From Fistulifera solaris (taxonomy: Eukaryota): DNA of 64,000 nucleotides. Each line of letters starts with the position of its first letter. Within the stretch, counting starts at the first letter, position 1. The DNA lies in NCBI GenBank assembly GCA_030295235.1, contig AP026127.1, forward strand, positions 1,426,001-1,490,000, in the 5' to 3' direction. The translations under genes and the position numbers were made by a program. Below are positions 1 through 12,773 of the stretch, piece by piece. A model generated the notes under the pieces. It had not been told where the DNA came from, did not search any database, and saw nothing but the letters and a program-made list of their open reading frames with translations.

Positions 1-458
1 TGAAAAAGCATGTCTGTCTGACAAGCGGACAAAGATCCAACGGCCAGCGGCAAGACTACTATACGCTTGTTCTGTAGTCGGTCCGTGTTCGGCGTGTGGC
101 ATCCTCACAAAATCAACTTCCGTCCGATCTTCCGGAAGTTTGAAGAACACGGAGCGGTGAATGTCAGAACTGCGCTTTGCACGTCAGAAACGGTACTTGA
201 AAGTACAATTTGATATTATACATGAGAACCGCATCGCCTTCTCGTTCGCTTTCGGAGCCATAGTAACGCAGAAAGATCCACCGATCCACCGACAAAAAAT
301 TCCGCAAAAAGCGAACAACCGGCCCACCACGACAAAGAACGAGTGATGAAGAGATCTTGAAGATCACTTTCCTTCCATTTGCACCGTTCATTTGCTCTCG
401 TGAAAGAGCGATTTGAAGTAACCAGACCTCAATACAAGCACAAAAGACACACACAATC

Positions 459-2772
459 ATGTTCTTACGCAACGCTGCTCATCAACTCTCTCGTACATCG
501 AACATTCCCTACGCCGTCGCTCGTCGAGCCTTTGCGGCGTTGCCTCAGTTTGAAGATTACGGCAAAAACGTCTTCACGGGGAAAGTTGCCGATGAATACT
601 TGAAGAAACACGGTGCTTCGGGAGCTATCTTGAAGGATCCGACTTGGGTTGCGACTCATTCGGATGTTGTAGCGAATGCTGTCTTTGATTGGTAAGTCGG
701 TCGTTGAAAGGCATCGGCGGTCGTCGTCGTCGTCGTCGTCGAACTCTTGAAGACAAAAGATTCGACCGTTGAATCATTTACATTGTAAACTCATTTCTCA
801 CTTCATGACTCTCACTTGACTTTCCTTCACTTCTCAATTACTTCTTATTTACTCGCTTTCTGTAGGGCCCTCGACAACGGAGCCAACGTCTACTGCCACT
901 GGTTTCAGCCGATGGGTGCATCGGGTGTTCGACACGGTCAAACCGGTCAAGTGCACAACATGATGCTTCAGTTCAACAAGGATAACGAAGTCGTCAAGGA
1001 CTTCAAGGGAAAGACTCTCATTAAGGGTGAAACTGACGGTTCGTCTTACCCCAACGGTGGTCTCCGAGGAACCCATCAAGCTGGAGGATACATTGCTGTC
1101 GACACGTCGTCGCCCATCTTCCTTCGAGGAGATACCATCTTCATTCCCTCCGTCTTCGTTTCCTACTACGGTGCCGCTTTGGATGAAAAGACACCTCTCC
1201 TCCGTGCCAACGCCGCGCTCGACAAGCAGGGTAGTCGTCTTCTCAAACTCTTGGGCTTGGATACGTCCTCGGGTGTCTGCACCAACATTGGTCTCGAACA
1301 GGAAATCTTCCTCATCCCCCGTGAGCAGTACTACCGACGTCCCGACTTGCAAATGACGGGACGTACCGTCATCGGAAAGGACGCTCCCCGTGGTCAAGAA
1401 TTGTGCGATCACTACATGGCTCCGCTTTCCACTTCGACCGCGGCCTTGGCCTGCATGCAAGAAATCCAGGACGAGTGCTGGCGCATCGGTATCCCCCCTT
1501 AAGACACGCCATCGTGAAGTCGCTCCCAACCAGTTCGAATTCGCTCCTCTTTACGGAACCAACACGACACAAATCGATCAGAACTTGATGGTCATGCAAA
1601 TCATCGAAGAAGTGGCCGTCAAACACGGTTTGGCCGCTCTCATGCAAGAGAAGCCATTCAATGGAATCAACGGATCCGGAAAGCACAACAACTGGTCCAT
1701 TGCTACACGAGATGGTGTCAACTTGTTGGACCCCGACAGCCTCACCAAGGCGTCCGGCAACAGTGCCGCCTTTCCCATTGTCATGGCGGCCATCATTTCC
1801 GCCGTTGATCAGCACGGTGATTTGATGCGTGCGGCCATTTCCTCGCCCGGAAATGACTTCCGTCTCGGTGCCTGCGAGGCGCCTCCCGCCATTGTCTCGG
1901 CCTACTTGGGTGATGACATGACCAAGTACTTGGAAGCATTCAAGAACGGAAGTGACGTCAAATACGAGCCCGCCAAGAAGACACTCGATCTAGGTACTCG
2001 CGAGGTTGTTCCTTTTGAAGTCCCCGCCGAAGATCGCAACCGTACTTCTCCGTTTCCCTATGGTGGTTCTCGTTTCGAGTTCCGTGCCGTCGGTTCCTCG
2101 CAGAACGTCTCGTTGGTCAACACGGTCCTCAACACCATTACCGCCGAAAAGTTTGCCGAATTTGCCGACAAGATTGAGGCCGGCGCCGACCCGAAGCAGA
2201 TTGCTATCGATGCTTTGAACAAGCACTGGAAGGTCATCTTCAATGGTAACAACTACGATTTGGACAACCAGCAAATGTTGACGGATCGTGGTGTTTGGCG
2301 AATTGACTCGGGTGTCGAAGCCGTGAAGCAATTGACTTCCGACAAGAATGTTGCCCTCTTTGAGAAGATGAGCGTTCTGACCAAGCCCGAGTTGGAGAGT
2401 CGCCGAGATATTCTTCACAGTCACTACACTGGAACTGTCGAGATGGAAGCCCTTACACTCATCGATATGTTGAACCACCACATCATTCCTGCCATCAAGA
2501 AGGCTGGTGTCGGACCTTTGAAGGAATTGCAAGATGCCGTCCCCAAGCTCAAGGCCGAATTGGCCAAGATTCATGCCGTGGAAGATGGTTACGAGAAGGC
2601 CAAATTGGCTCGTGTCTTGCGTTTGGAGACCATGGTCGATATTCGTGATGTTTGCGACGATGCTGAGGAAGTATGCCCTGCCGAGTACTGGACATTGGCC
2701 ACGTACAAGGAGCTTCTCTTCCTCGACTCACACACTCACCCCTCTGGCCCCGATTACGATGATTTTGAGTAA
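459..2772 (+). CDS. GSIII: Glutamine synthetase type III, probably mitochondrial. Exon 1 459-691, intron 692-865, exon 2 866-2772, with a +1 indel in the C6 run at 1493-1498
   Basis: GSIII motifs YCHWFQP, GETDGSSYPNGGLR, GLEQEIFL, KTRHREVAPNQFE, EKPFNGINGSGKHNNWS, FRLGACEAPP and DRNRTSPF. The GTAAGT...TAG intron joins DW|ALDNG in frame. The N-terminus is Arg/Ala-rich like a presequence. Confidence 0.95.
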
Positions 2773-3294
2773 GCGATGTGTATAGATGGTGATGCAGTAC
2801 ATTGATTTTTAAAGATAGTAAAACAATATTTTTCCTTTAACTGATGTTTATGTCTTGTTTTCAGCGGTAAACTATCAAGTCTACTCCGGGATAATTAACA
2901 AGAAGATGACATTTTTTATATTTTTCCTACGTTATTTTACGACCACAAAGCTAAACTTCGTTTTTCTGCAAGCGAGATCACCCGAATTAGCTGTATTATT
3001 GTATTAATCCTCTATAGTAATGTTGTAATACAACTGACGATGCTTGTTGTCCAATAACCTTGCTTACCGTTGTTTTCCCTAGATTTTACTCTGATCTCTT
3101 TGTGTATGGCATTTATAGCCACGACTGATTTGCATTCGCGAACCAATTGGGTCCATTAAATATTTTCAAGCCGCATTTCTTCGGAAACAAGTAGCACTAT
3201 ATCTCCCTTTCCATGAAAGAATGAAGTAGAAACTTCAATCAATGCAAGTTTTTTATCGCAAGCTCGAATCTAAGTCTTATTATCATTAGATAGA

Positions 3295-4723
3295 ATGAAA
3301 TTAGTTTCAATTGTTTCTTCTTTCTTGACCGTCATGTTTCATTCGAAAATCTGGGTGTCATCGCTGGTTCTGCCGCGAATTGTGCAACGCGAATATCGCA
3401 GTACGGCAGCTATTTTCAGTAAATTACAGGTCCATGTCGACAACAAAGGAAGAACAATCCGACAAAGAAGAGAAGATAATAATGAATACAACAACGATGA
3501 CAGCGTTGATCGCGTTGACGATCGACGCTCACAAAAAAGATTCTGCTTCGACGGGATGGGATGATTGGGATCCTTTTGAATCTACTCCTTCAACTTCTTC
3601 CTTTTCCTCATCACCATCTATGACGTACTCCTCCCCGCAAAAGCAAAATCGACAATCCGAACGACGCGGCGGTTCCAAGAACTATTACAATTCCGGACGA
3701 AACGAAAGATCTCCGTACGGAAAGAATAGACGCAACAACTATGATAACAACCAGGAATCGAACAAACCGAATAACGATCGCAGAATTAATATGCGAGCAC
3801 TGGAAGGGGCCGGATTTGTTCACTTGTACGGCTTGGCGCCTGTGTTGAATGCATTGCGAGCCGGAAAGAGGGATTTTACTCGTCCAGAGGATATGATTGA
3901 CATCAATTTACTAGAAGGCGACGAGGCTGAACACGAAATGTTACAGCGCGAACGCAAGCCAGAAGCGCAATTCAGCCCGTGGCTCTTTGTGCAAGAGCAA
4001 AAGGGTAGGACGAACCGATCGGGCGACAAGCAGTCTCAAGCTGAAGAAGTTTTAGAATTGGCCAAATTACGTGGCCTCCCTGTCGCGTATGTTGACAAAG
4101 GTGTCCTCAATACACTTTCCAATGATCGCCCTCATCAGGGGTATGTATTGCGATGCGGCAAGTTGTACTTTGAGTCACTTTCTCGGATACCATATCCAGT
4201 AGCACCCAACGCTGACGATACACCCCATTTTTGGTTGGTGCTGGACGAAGTTGTGGATCCACAAAATCTCGGTGCCTTGATCCGTTCGGCATACTTTTTA
4301 GGCGGATCCAAGATTGCTCTTGTAGTGTGTGCGAAGAACTCAGCACCTCCGTCACCGGTCGTGAGTGCGGCCAGTGCCGGCGCGTTGGAACTTCTCGATG
4401 TCGTGTATAGTACGAGTAATCTACCCAGAACCTTGGCGAATGCACGAGAAGATGGATTTCGTATCATCGGTGCTTCCGCGGTCCCAACGACTGACGCCGT
4501 CATGTACACTTTGGAACAACTGCCGGTATCGAACGAGCCAACCATTTTGGTACTCGGATCGGAGGGACATGGACTGCGAACGCTCGTATCGAAAGCATGC
4601 ACCGAGTTTGTGAGAATTGATGGAAGTGCCGCGACTACCGAAGGCGTGGACTCTTTGAATGTGAGTGTTACAGGTGGCATCCTTATGTGGCAATTGCTGA
4701 AGGCTATGAAGTCGCAAACGTAA
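3295..4723 (+). CDS. SpoU/TrmH-family rRNA 2'-O-methyltransferase (MRM1/RlmB-like), organelle-targeted; frameshift near 3530-3540
   Basis: Motifs HLYGLAPV, PHQGYVL, VLDEVVDPQNLGALIRSAYFLG, LVLGSEGHGLR and VDSLNVSV. The hydrophobic N-terminus lies in the overlapping ORF 3295-3564. Confidence 0.88.
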
Positions 4724-4990
4724 GCGCAATCAAATGATAAAAATGAATCGAAAGGAAAGGGCGTACACGAGCAGAAGAAGTATTATCATACGATTGCATG
4801 TGAATATTTGGATAGATTGATTAAGTAATTAATAAATGTTCATAGACTATGAACCCCCTTAGTTTTCTTGTCGTACCGCCACACGGACGATGATTATTTT
4901 TTTACATTCCTCCACTTCACCGCATTGCGCATCCTTCGTCGTCATCGCATCGCATTGCACGTCGCATCCGCCCTTCCTTGACAAAACAAA

Positions 4991-5831
4991 ATGACAACGA
5001 TGTCATTTACACTACCGATTTCGGCACTTTCTATTCAACTGACTTTTTTCACGATCACAATGGTTCTACCACGAGCTGCGGCCTTTCAGGAGCTTTTTTA
5101 TTGTACGACACGGGCAAGCGACACACAATCCACGAGCGGAAGCGGCGAAACAAGCGGGCTGTTCGTTTGAAGAATTTCTCGAATGGATGCGTTTAGATGA
5201 CTCCCACGACAGTCCTCTGACCGAACTAGGCAGAGAGCAAGGAGCGAATGTCGGAAATCAGTGCCAGCACTTGCTTTCGGGTGTTGAAATGGTGATTAGT
5301 TCACCGTTGAGTCGATGTCTCGATACGGCCAATTTAGTGGCCCCGCCAACAAAATTAACGTCCGCGAAACGCGTCGTGTACGAGAATTTCCGCGAAATCA
5401 ACGGCAAATTGCTGAATGCCAAGCGACGCAAGAAGAGTGAATTAGAAAAGTTGTACCCCGAATGGTCCTTTGATGATCTGCAATCGAATCACGATGACAG
5501 TTGGGTCGCTACGGAATTGGAGTCGGTAGAAAGCTGTCAACAACGAGGTTTGACGGGATTTCACTGGTTAACGACTCTTCCGGTGCAGTCTCTCTTGCTG
5601 GTTTGTCATGGAGGGATTCTACATTATACGTTAGCGCATGACAGCATTGTTTTGCACGACAAACGACAATACTCAGCCACCGATCGAAAAGTCGACGCTC
5701 GATTTGAAAATTGCGAGCTGCGACGCTATCATTTATCAAGATCGAAAGAGGAAAACAAATTGATGCTAGCGGAAGTCGATCTTGTATCAGTGAAAGATGA
5801 GGAGCAACTTGTTGCGCAAAGTAGAATATAG
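4991..5831 (+). CDS. Histidine phosphatase / phosphoglycerate-mutase family protein with N-terminal presequence; +1 indel in the T6 run at 5094-5099
   Basis: IVRHGQATHN at 5100 is in frame with ORF 5187. Also DSPLTELGREQ, SSPLSRCLDTA, LVCHGG and FENCE. ATG 4991 gives MTTMSFTL...RAAAFQELF, which joins IVRHG if one T is removed. Confidence 0.85.
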
Positions 5832-6874
5832 AAATAACATTCGACAACAAGACGGAAATGTTGCATTCGAGTCGATCAATGTGAGTTAATTGATAAAGGA
5901 TTGGATACTCATTGCTAGCCTAGCTTGCAGGAAAATGAATATTTGTAAATAAACCTAGTCGATGCTGTTTTCTCGGTAATTCATAAACTCTAATACGTAA
6001 ACAGACATCTAGATAATATGGGACCGCAGATGTCGGTATCTGGGAGGCATCCATTGTGCATGTTCATTTTCTGTCGCTTCGTCTTCCTCTTCTCCCTTTT
6101 CGTATATTGATACTGCGAAAGAAGCCACTGCGTATGAGCATCCGACATGGAAGTATCTCTTGCATCACTTCGATCCTCTCCTTGCATTTTCTTGTAAGGT
6201 GTGTCAGGCGTAGCGAGCTCGACTGGAGCGACAAAAATCTCTTTCTCCACTATTGAACTATTCTCTGCATTCCTTACAGCTCTCGTAATCGGCTATACCC
6301 AGACCAAGGACGACTGCATCAACTCGTTCGTCCGTGTATCGAGGTGGTAAAATATCGACATGCCAGAACAGCAAGTCTACGGTTACATCTTTAGTGATGT
6401 GATAGCATAGCCGAACCAGGATATCTTAGAAGGCAAAACCGAGATCGATCAATCGATCGTAAAGGATGATGAGGCGTTTTTTTACAGCGATCCGACGGTA
6501 GCGCCGTCGTTTTGTGGCAAAGAAAAATTTCCCCTGAAAATTCTCGCAACGGAGTTTCCATGACTTCGGTAAGACAAAGTGTGGTCATCCGGCTATTCGA
6601 GACGTCGTACGATTTGGCTTCGTGTGAGAGAGTGTTTCGTACAGGCGGAGGTTGCTGCGGGTTGTTTCGTTGATTGTATCCCCGCGTGTCCGAGCCCTTA
6701 ACCTTGCCCTTTTCGCGCGCCAAGACGAAAGCAAAGTGTGCTTTTCATGGATGATAAGAAGATGAAGAACGTAAGTAATTAAAGCAAAGTCAAAATGAAA
6801 AGCAAGGGATTGCGGTTTTCTCTTGTGCCTTGGCCGCAAGTGGTGCGATAATTATAATATTATATTCATTCACT

Positions 6875-7285
6875 TTTGTCCAGAAAATGTGGGGACGCGG
6901 TCTTTTGACGTGTCCAAAAAATGTGGGGGTGTTTTAATTTCATGTGTCCAGAAAATGTGGGTATGCGTTATTATTTCACATACGGACAACACTTTGGTCC
7001 ATAGTAAATACGGGAAGACGACGTTTCGCAAGACTCTTTGACGTAAAATATCAAGGCGTGTAATGAAGAGGCTGCTAAAGCCTGTTTCATTGCAACAACG
7101 ACAAAGAGGTTCATGGTGTATTGCTGAACGAACCAATTGTAGGCAGCACTGTAGGTCAAACGAATATGCATTCATGACTGAAGTGCAGTCGTGGAGAAAT
7201 ATGTCCAGAAAATGTGGGCGTGCGTTATTTCACATGTCCAGAAAATGTGGGGATGCGATATTTTCAGAAAATATGGGAGAGCGTG
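6875..7285 (+). repeat. Composite dispersed repeat: 3x ~33-bp CCAGAAAATGTGGG units, one ~220-bp-family unit (6985-7192), then 3 more short units
   Basis: GTCCAGAAAATGTGGG or variants at ~6878, 6912, 6946, 7203, 7236 and 7264. The middle part aligns by eye with the 19245-19747 units. Confidence 0.85.
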
Positions 7286-7416
7286 ATTTTTCACTTTGTC
7301 AGGACTCAGGACATGCAAAAGTTCGCACGCACTCCTTTATTTGCGTTATAAAATATTTGCTTCTTTTTTTCTATTCTTATTATCTCCATCATTCATTATT
7401 ATCTAATAATCTCATT

Positions 7417-8172
7417 ATGTTACATCACAAATACATCCCCATTCGAGTAGATGTGACGTCGGAAGATGAATCAAAGCTTCGCATCGTCGATACATTACTC
7501 TTGGATCGAACTGTCTTGCCGCTGCCCCTTGAACCTCATCGACTCGAAGAATCGCTTTCAGAGAATGCCTTGTACATGGCCAAATCTATTCTAGGTGATG
7601 CGGAAGTTATCGGTATGGGAAGAACGGTGCGTCATTTTACAGGACGAATGGATTTGTGGTCATGGGAAATGGTTGAAAAGATTCAGAAATGTATTTTCGA
7701 GCAATTGTATGCAGCATTTCATGAGGCTGATGTTTCAGAGCCATCTACAAAGAAAGTCAAAACAAGTCATACAACAGAATCGCTAGATCAACAAAAGGCG
7801 AAGGACGAAGGAAAGGATGATACAGAAACAATCAACGCCTCAAAACTGATTCCTATTCGTATCCGCATGGAACTCAACGGGCATCGCATTCACGACGACT
7901 TTGATTGGGATCCTTCTCTCGATATGGATCCGCTAATCATGGCTAAATCCATAGGGAGTGATTTGAATTTACCACCGGAAGCAGTTCAAGAGCTGGCTAT
8001 TAATATTACGGAGCAAATTCTCGGTTTGGCGGTAGAAGATGGAGGGAGTCGAGAGGATGCTGCAATTCCCATCGGGCCGGCTGCAACTACAGCTTGGACT
8101 CTAGAACCAAAGGTTCAGCAAAGCAATCTGGCTCATTTGGCAATTGTGACTAACACATCCAAGGATGGATGA
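7417..8172 (+). CDS. SNF5/SMARCB1 repeat-domain protein
   Basis: LIPIRIRMELNGHRIHDDFDWDPS...MAKSIGSDLNLPPE...INITEQI resembles the SNF5 repeat, with a second degenerate copy YIPIRVDV...IVDTLL. The upstream part of the 7063 ORF is repeat-derived. Confidence 0.7.
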   Translation: MLHHKYIPIRVDVTSEDESKLRIVDTLLLDRTVLPLPLEPHRLEESLSENALYMAKSILGDAEVIGMGRTVRHFTGRMDLWSWEMVEKIQKCIFEQLYAAFHEADVSEPSTKKVKTSHTTESLDQQKAKDEGKDDTETINASKLIPIRIRMELNGHRIHDDFDWDPSLDMDPLIMAKSIGSDLNLPPEAVQELAINITEQILGLAVEDGGSREDAAIPIGPAATTAWTLEPKVQQSNLAHLAIVTNTSKDG

Positions 8173-8521
8173 TACAGCGCATTTGTAAGACTTGTTTGTA
8201 AAGTTTGTCATTTACTCTACTAGTTACATCTAGAATAGGTTAACAGAAAAGCATTCGACCCATTTCGCATTTCTAGACGGGGCATTCATTGTAGTCGCCT
8301 CGAGGGTGGGCTTCCGTTTACCAGTCGCCCATATCTTGAGAGCCATGGCGTACGACGTGAATGATTAGGCGGTCGAGTCTGGATTGGCCGTTCTCTGCAG
8401 GCGAAGCTATGGAGAGTACAGTGTTTGTTGCAGCATCATCAAGTAATACCAGGTAACACTTCATGAACAACTGGTAGTAGCGAGCTGAAGCATCATCGTA
8501 CAAACGGCCAAGAGGATTCAG

Positions 8522-10534
8522 CTATCGCTGCTCTGGATGGCGTGTTTGTTCCCAAACAATGTGAGATACGGAACATGCATCTTCGCGCTGAATAATGCGA
8601 ATATTGTTCACGGCAGCTTCAACCAATAAACCCACAAGTTCATCCTTGCCTTTATCGACGTCAGGAAAGACAAACATTTCGTGATCGGCATCCGTCACAC
8701 GCTGCTCTCGGATTCGCTTGCGATTGGTCAATTGGGCTTTCATTGGAACAGGCAGATGCATGCACAACTTTTCGCCTAGATATAGTGTGCCGGCATCTTC
8801 CATCATTCGTCCATTTGTTACGCTGATTCCTCCAATTCGAAAATCGACGTCCTTTTCGGTATTACAAGCTGTGAACGACTCTCGCTTTTCATTGACTTCA
8901 CACCAGACAACAGCCTGGAACCATTCGATGGCTGGATCACCCACTTGAGGCCGCTTGGAAGAGATTGTTGAGTGTTCGGGCTCATAGGGAATTAGAAAAC
9001 GTATGGTATCGGAAGTTGGCAAGCCATAATAAGCCTTTTTCGAGTCCAGGAAACCAAGGCCCCCAAAGCGATCCAAGTTCCGTTTGGCTTTCTTTTCTCC
9101 TGGACTTAGATCGAGTACCCAAGCTTTGTTGTAGAACATTTTGGACTTGGGGAGCATCACATCTAGATCCTCCGCTGTGGTTCCGGATTCGACAATGTCA
9201 TGCAATTGACCGATGAAAATAGGCTCAAAGGTGGTTCGACAATGCACTGGATTCATGCGCCACTGGTCACCACTGGACGATACTGGCAATCCAAATAGAA
9301 TTGAGCTGGTGTTCAGATCGTTGATTGTTAGGTTTACAGAGACAGGAGGCGGTAAAAGGATTTCGTTATCCTCCATCTCGGGACAAGTCAGCAAGTAGTC
9401 TCCGTGATCCGCCGCAGCGAGTAATTCTAGAGCTTCCAGAAAATGTATGGCTAGTATCCACGCTATGAAAGCATGTTCCTGAACTGCTGGATGATGCAAT
9501 GCTTGCCCTGGCGCCCCCGGTGGTGATCCAAACTTTCTCCACTCTTGAAAGCCAGGTGGTCGGTATTCTTCTTTGCGGTTTAGAAACGGCCGTGCCGCTG
9601 GATCGGTATGCACAACAACCGCATCAACCATCAAGTGAGAATATTCTTGCAGCAATTTGTGACGTCCTGTGGCCGTATGTGTATCCTTGACAATTAATTT
9701 GGGCCTGTGAGGCATTTGCAGGACGTGCCGAATGTAGGCTTCTAATCCTGAAGGATCTCCTCCGGCTTCATTCATGCTGAAATCCCAGCTCACAACATCC
9801 GAATCACTCCCTAAGAAGTTTGGTAAACACCATCCATAGGGAAAGGAGGGACATCCACCAATTGCCGCATTCCGAACTTTCAACTCCACTCCTCGTAATT
9901 GAAATAGTGTGTGCAGTAAGTGTTCCATTTGAAACGGATAGGATTGTGAAAACAAATTCCCTCGTCCTGCAGTCACTGAATATCCTCCAAATGCTATTCG
10001 AAACGATTGGTTTTCTTCTTTGGCTCGTTGTATTCGACAGGCTGTACGATCCGCGCTTGCCGAGTCGAATGTCGATGTTCCCAATTCGAGTATCGCACGC
10101 GCCGCATTCTCTCCACCGTACCGTTCCGTAAATTCCGTTCGCAATCCTTGCGCTGCCCTCCAAAATGGATCCCCTTCGACAGAATACAGTTCTGCGATGG
10201 TAAAAGGATCTCGATCGGCTGTCAAGTTAAAGATCGGCATCGGCGGCGCCGTTTCTACTATGGGCGGAAGATTGTTGTCAAAGGGCAGTACATCGTCTTC
10301 TTCTACAGTAAGACTTTGCTCACTTGTCTGTTCGATCGAAGGAACAAGAAAATAGTATGTTGCATAGAAAACAAATACAAAAATCGCCAAGGATGTACCG
10401 ACTTGCAGCACCAGAATGACAAATGATGGGTCCGCCTTGCGTTTCCGTCGTCGTTTCGTTCCTTGTAACTGTAAATCTCTCTCCTCCGAATCGGCGGGCG
10501 CTACGTTGAGTCGTCTCCTCGTTGTTGTAGCCAT
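8522..10534 (-). CDS. Type II membrane protein with SGNH-hydrolase-like domain
   Basis: 670-aa intact ORF with a basic N-tail and a single TM helix. SGNH-like blocks FGGYSVTAGRG, VRNAAIGG, DVVSWDFSMNE and HHPAVQEH. Confidence 0.7.
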   Translation of the reverse strand: MATTTRRRLNVAPADSEERDLQLQGTKRRRKRKADPSFVILVLQVGTSLAIFVFVFYATYYFLVPSIEQTSEQSLTVEEDDVLPFDNNLPPIVETAPPMPIFNLTADRDPFTIAELYSVEGDPFWRAAQGLRTEFTERYGGENAARAILELGTSTFDSASADRTACRIQRAKEENQSFRIAFGGYSVTAGRGNLFSQSYPFQMEHLLHTLFQLRGVELKVRNAAIGGCPSFPYGWCLPNFLGSDSDVVSWDFSMNEAGGDPSGLEAYIRHVLQMPHRPKLIVKDTHTATGRHKLLQEYSHLMVDAVVVHTDPAARPFLNRKEEYRPPGFQEWRKFGSPPGAPGQALHHPAVQEHAFIAWILAIHFLEALELLAAADHGDYLLTCPEMEDNEILLPPPVSVNLTINDLNTSSILFGLPVSSSGDQWRMNPVHCRTTFEPIFIGQLHDIVESGTTAEDLDVMLPKSKMFYNKAWVLDLSPGEKKAKRNLDRFGGLGFLDSKKAYYGLPTSDTIRFLIPYEPEHSTISSKRPQVGDPAIEWFQAVVWCEVNEKRESFTACNTEKDVDFRIGGISVTNGRMMEDAGTLYLGEKLCMHLPVPMKAQLTNRKRIREQRVTDADHEMFVFPDVDKGKDELVGLLVEAAVNNIRIIQREDACSVSHIVWEQTRHPEQR

Positions 10535-11234
10535 GTTACAACGTTATATCGTCATTATCGTATGATAGGATGAGGAGTGAGGAACAACAATAATAACAAC
10601 GACAAAGACAAAGAGGCCTGATCGACTGATCGTTACGATTAATCGTTACCAGGTAGGATTAAGGTTATGGACGACACGGATGGCGGTCAAGCGAAGCGAG
10701 GCTACCAGTTTAGTTAGTACTAAGGTTATAGGATTTGGATGACAGGTTAGACACTACACCTACACTCAACACTACTGTACAAGAGAATGTAGTGTTCCCT
10801 GTTCTTTACGTCTGGCGTCTGGCCTTCCTTAAATTGAGTCTTGGTTTCTTTTCTCCGTTTAGCTTTTTTAAGACGAAGTAAAATGTCAACGATACGGAGT
10901 ATAAAAATTAGAGTGTAAAAGGGCTATAGTAAATCTAGGAATACGGGATAATGGATACAGAATGGTACGTAGTAAGTTACCGTTAACTGTACAAATAGAA
11001 AATAAAAAATAGGACCAAAAGCTAAACGCTAAGACTCATTATGAAGACACTGTATGAATTAATGTAAGGTCATTGCGAAGAACGGCTCTGTAAGCCCCAA
11101 AAGAGAGATGATGACCGCCACGCCAGTAATCCATTCATGCCTAAAATTTTTAAACACACAAAACACAATGCCGACCAACATTATCAACAAAACTTTGACG
11201 CGCAAGGAGAACAGGAGAAGCAGAGGGCAGGTCG

Positions 11235-12101
11235 TTGTTCCTTTTCGAGCGCCTTCAGCAAATAATGCCCCTAACCAGGCACACGAAAGCAAGGCCGATG
11301 GTTGTTGCATTTCGCAAAGTAACGAATGATAAAAGCATCATTAAACGTAATTACAACATGAGCAGCATAGTTGACGAATTGATACGCTTAGATGACTCTT
11401 CTGTGACGTCGTTCCTGAGCTGTGAGTCGAACGATTCTCTAATTGAATACCTTCCAACAAAATGTTCCAAAAGTAAGACGCTGCTGGTGGAAGATATCAA
11501 ACAGCTTGTACCGAGCATAAACGTCATTACCATCCTTGAGGCAAAACGCATACACGAGGATGTCACACAGCATCAAGAGATCGTTGAAGATAAACGTTCG
11601 CTGGAAAGATCGTCCACTTCTCCTGCTCCACTAGAACAGGACCGTGCTGAAAGTTTGGACTTCGACGATCTTCATGAAATTTCACACGAAGATTTTCCTG
11701 AAGATATGGGCGACTCGGATAGCGAAAATAATTCGAAAGCATTGCCGCAAACTACAAAGGCGGATACCGTGAAAGGACGGAAAAACGTTTCTTTTGGCTT
11801 AGTTCGAACGCATAAAATCTGCCAAGGAATAGATCCGCCATCAAACCACGCTCTGACCGAATCTACAGACTGCGATTTGACGGAGAGTGAATTATGCTCG
11901 ATCGAAATTTACGAGCTCAATTACAGAAGCCCAACAAAAGCTCTTCGCGCACCCGTGTTCGTAATCGCAATGATAAGGTCCCTTTATTACAGTCGTTGTT
12001 CGAGCCAGATAAACTGTCCGAGACAGCAGACACACTTGAAAGTACAGGCGTCCCCTTGGAAAAACAACGCTCGGTCATTCAATCGCCCAGCTATCATGTA
12101 A
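11235..12101 (+). CDS. Hypothetical protein with KNVSF-G-x-V-R-x-H-K-I-x-QG-x-DPPS motif (true start probably an internal Met)
   Basis: 288-codon ORF. A ~45-aa block is shared with the neighbouring locus at 13225-13681. Confidence 0.6.
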   Translation: MFLFERLQQIMPLTRHTKARPMVVAFRKVTNDKSIIKRNYNMSSIVDELIRLDDSSVTSFLSCESNDSLIEYLPTKCSKSKTLLVEDIKQLVPSINVITILEAKRIHEDVTQHQEIVEDKRSLERSSTSPAPLEQDRAESLDFDDLHEISHEDFPEDMGDSDSENNSKALPQTTKADTVKGRKNVSFGLVRTHKICQGIDPPSNHALTESTDCDLTESELCSIEIYELNYRSPTKALRAPVFVIAMIRSLYYSRCSSQINCPRQQTHLKVQASPWKNNARSFNRPAIM

Positions 12102-12742
12102 TTCAGGCCGTCGATGATGGATGTCCAAGGCATATTCTACTTGCGGATAATTTTGATTTCCCTCGCTTGAAGCGAAAGACGAAAACGAGGTTTGAAGTAT
12201 GATATGCCTCAGTGGCTTAACTACATCAAGTCGTACGTCTGCATCGTGGTTTTGCATGATGATTACGAAGGTTTAGTTGCGATACAACATACTACCGGAT
12301 TGCATGCTGCAGACAAAGAAAGAAAACGTTGTCTTTGGTCGCTGATCGAGTATCAACCGAAGGTGAGAAGCGAGAACGTGAGGACTCAAATGTCTGCTCG
12401 GACGCCGCGTTTCCATTATGTGGCACATAGCGAATACGACACGCGTGTAGATTGATGCGTTGTAATGCTGTAATGATTAACGACTAAAATGACGACGGCG
12501 TGTTACGTGTCGTGAGCTTGTGAATCGTGAAGTGGCCTGATAGGTTTAGTAGTATATGGCATTTCTTTTTTTTTTCTGTTGCTTTTCTAGAATACCTAGC
12601 TAGCCCTCCTTTTTTAAACTCTAGACTCTAAGACGTAAGACCCTCTGGTCTCCGGAACCAAGGGCTGGAACTCTACTAGAGAGAGAGAGCAGGGAGCAGG
12701 GAGCCAAATAGCCCGAGTCTGAGTCGTCTGAAACTCTGGAAA

Positions 12743-12773
12743 AGCTTGAGACTTGAGACTTGAGACTTGAGAC
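12743..12773 (+). repeat. (CTTGAGA)4 heptamer microsatellite in a low-complexity intergenic tract
   Basis: Direct reading: gcttgagacttgagacttgagacttgagac. Confidence 0.8.

Noticed and set aside
719..741. (GTC)7 tract
   Set aside because: An ordinary microsatellite within the GSIII intron.
1490..1502. Programmed ribosomal frameshift in GSIII
   Set aside because: One extra C in a homopolymer fully explains it, and the same error type recurs throughout the window.
849..2574. Long antisense ORFs opposite GSIII (similarly opposite GMD and SCOT)
   Set aside because: These are shadow ORFs expected from the codon bias of highly expressed genes.
5990..6723. Short minus-strand ORFs between the phosphatase and SNF5-like genes
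   Set aside because: No recognisable domain, an in-frame stop upstream of ORF 5990-6250, and no convincing splice model.
7063..7416. N-terminal 118 aa of the 369-aa ORF
   Set aside because: It translates repeat units (MSRKCG twice) and AT-rich leader. The real start is more likely ATG 7417.
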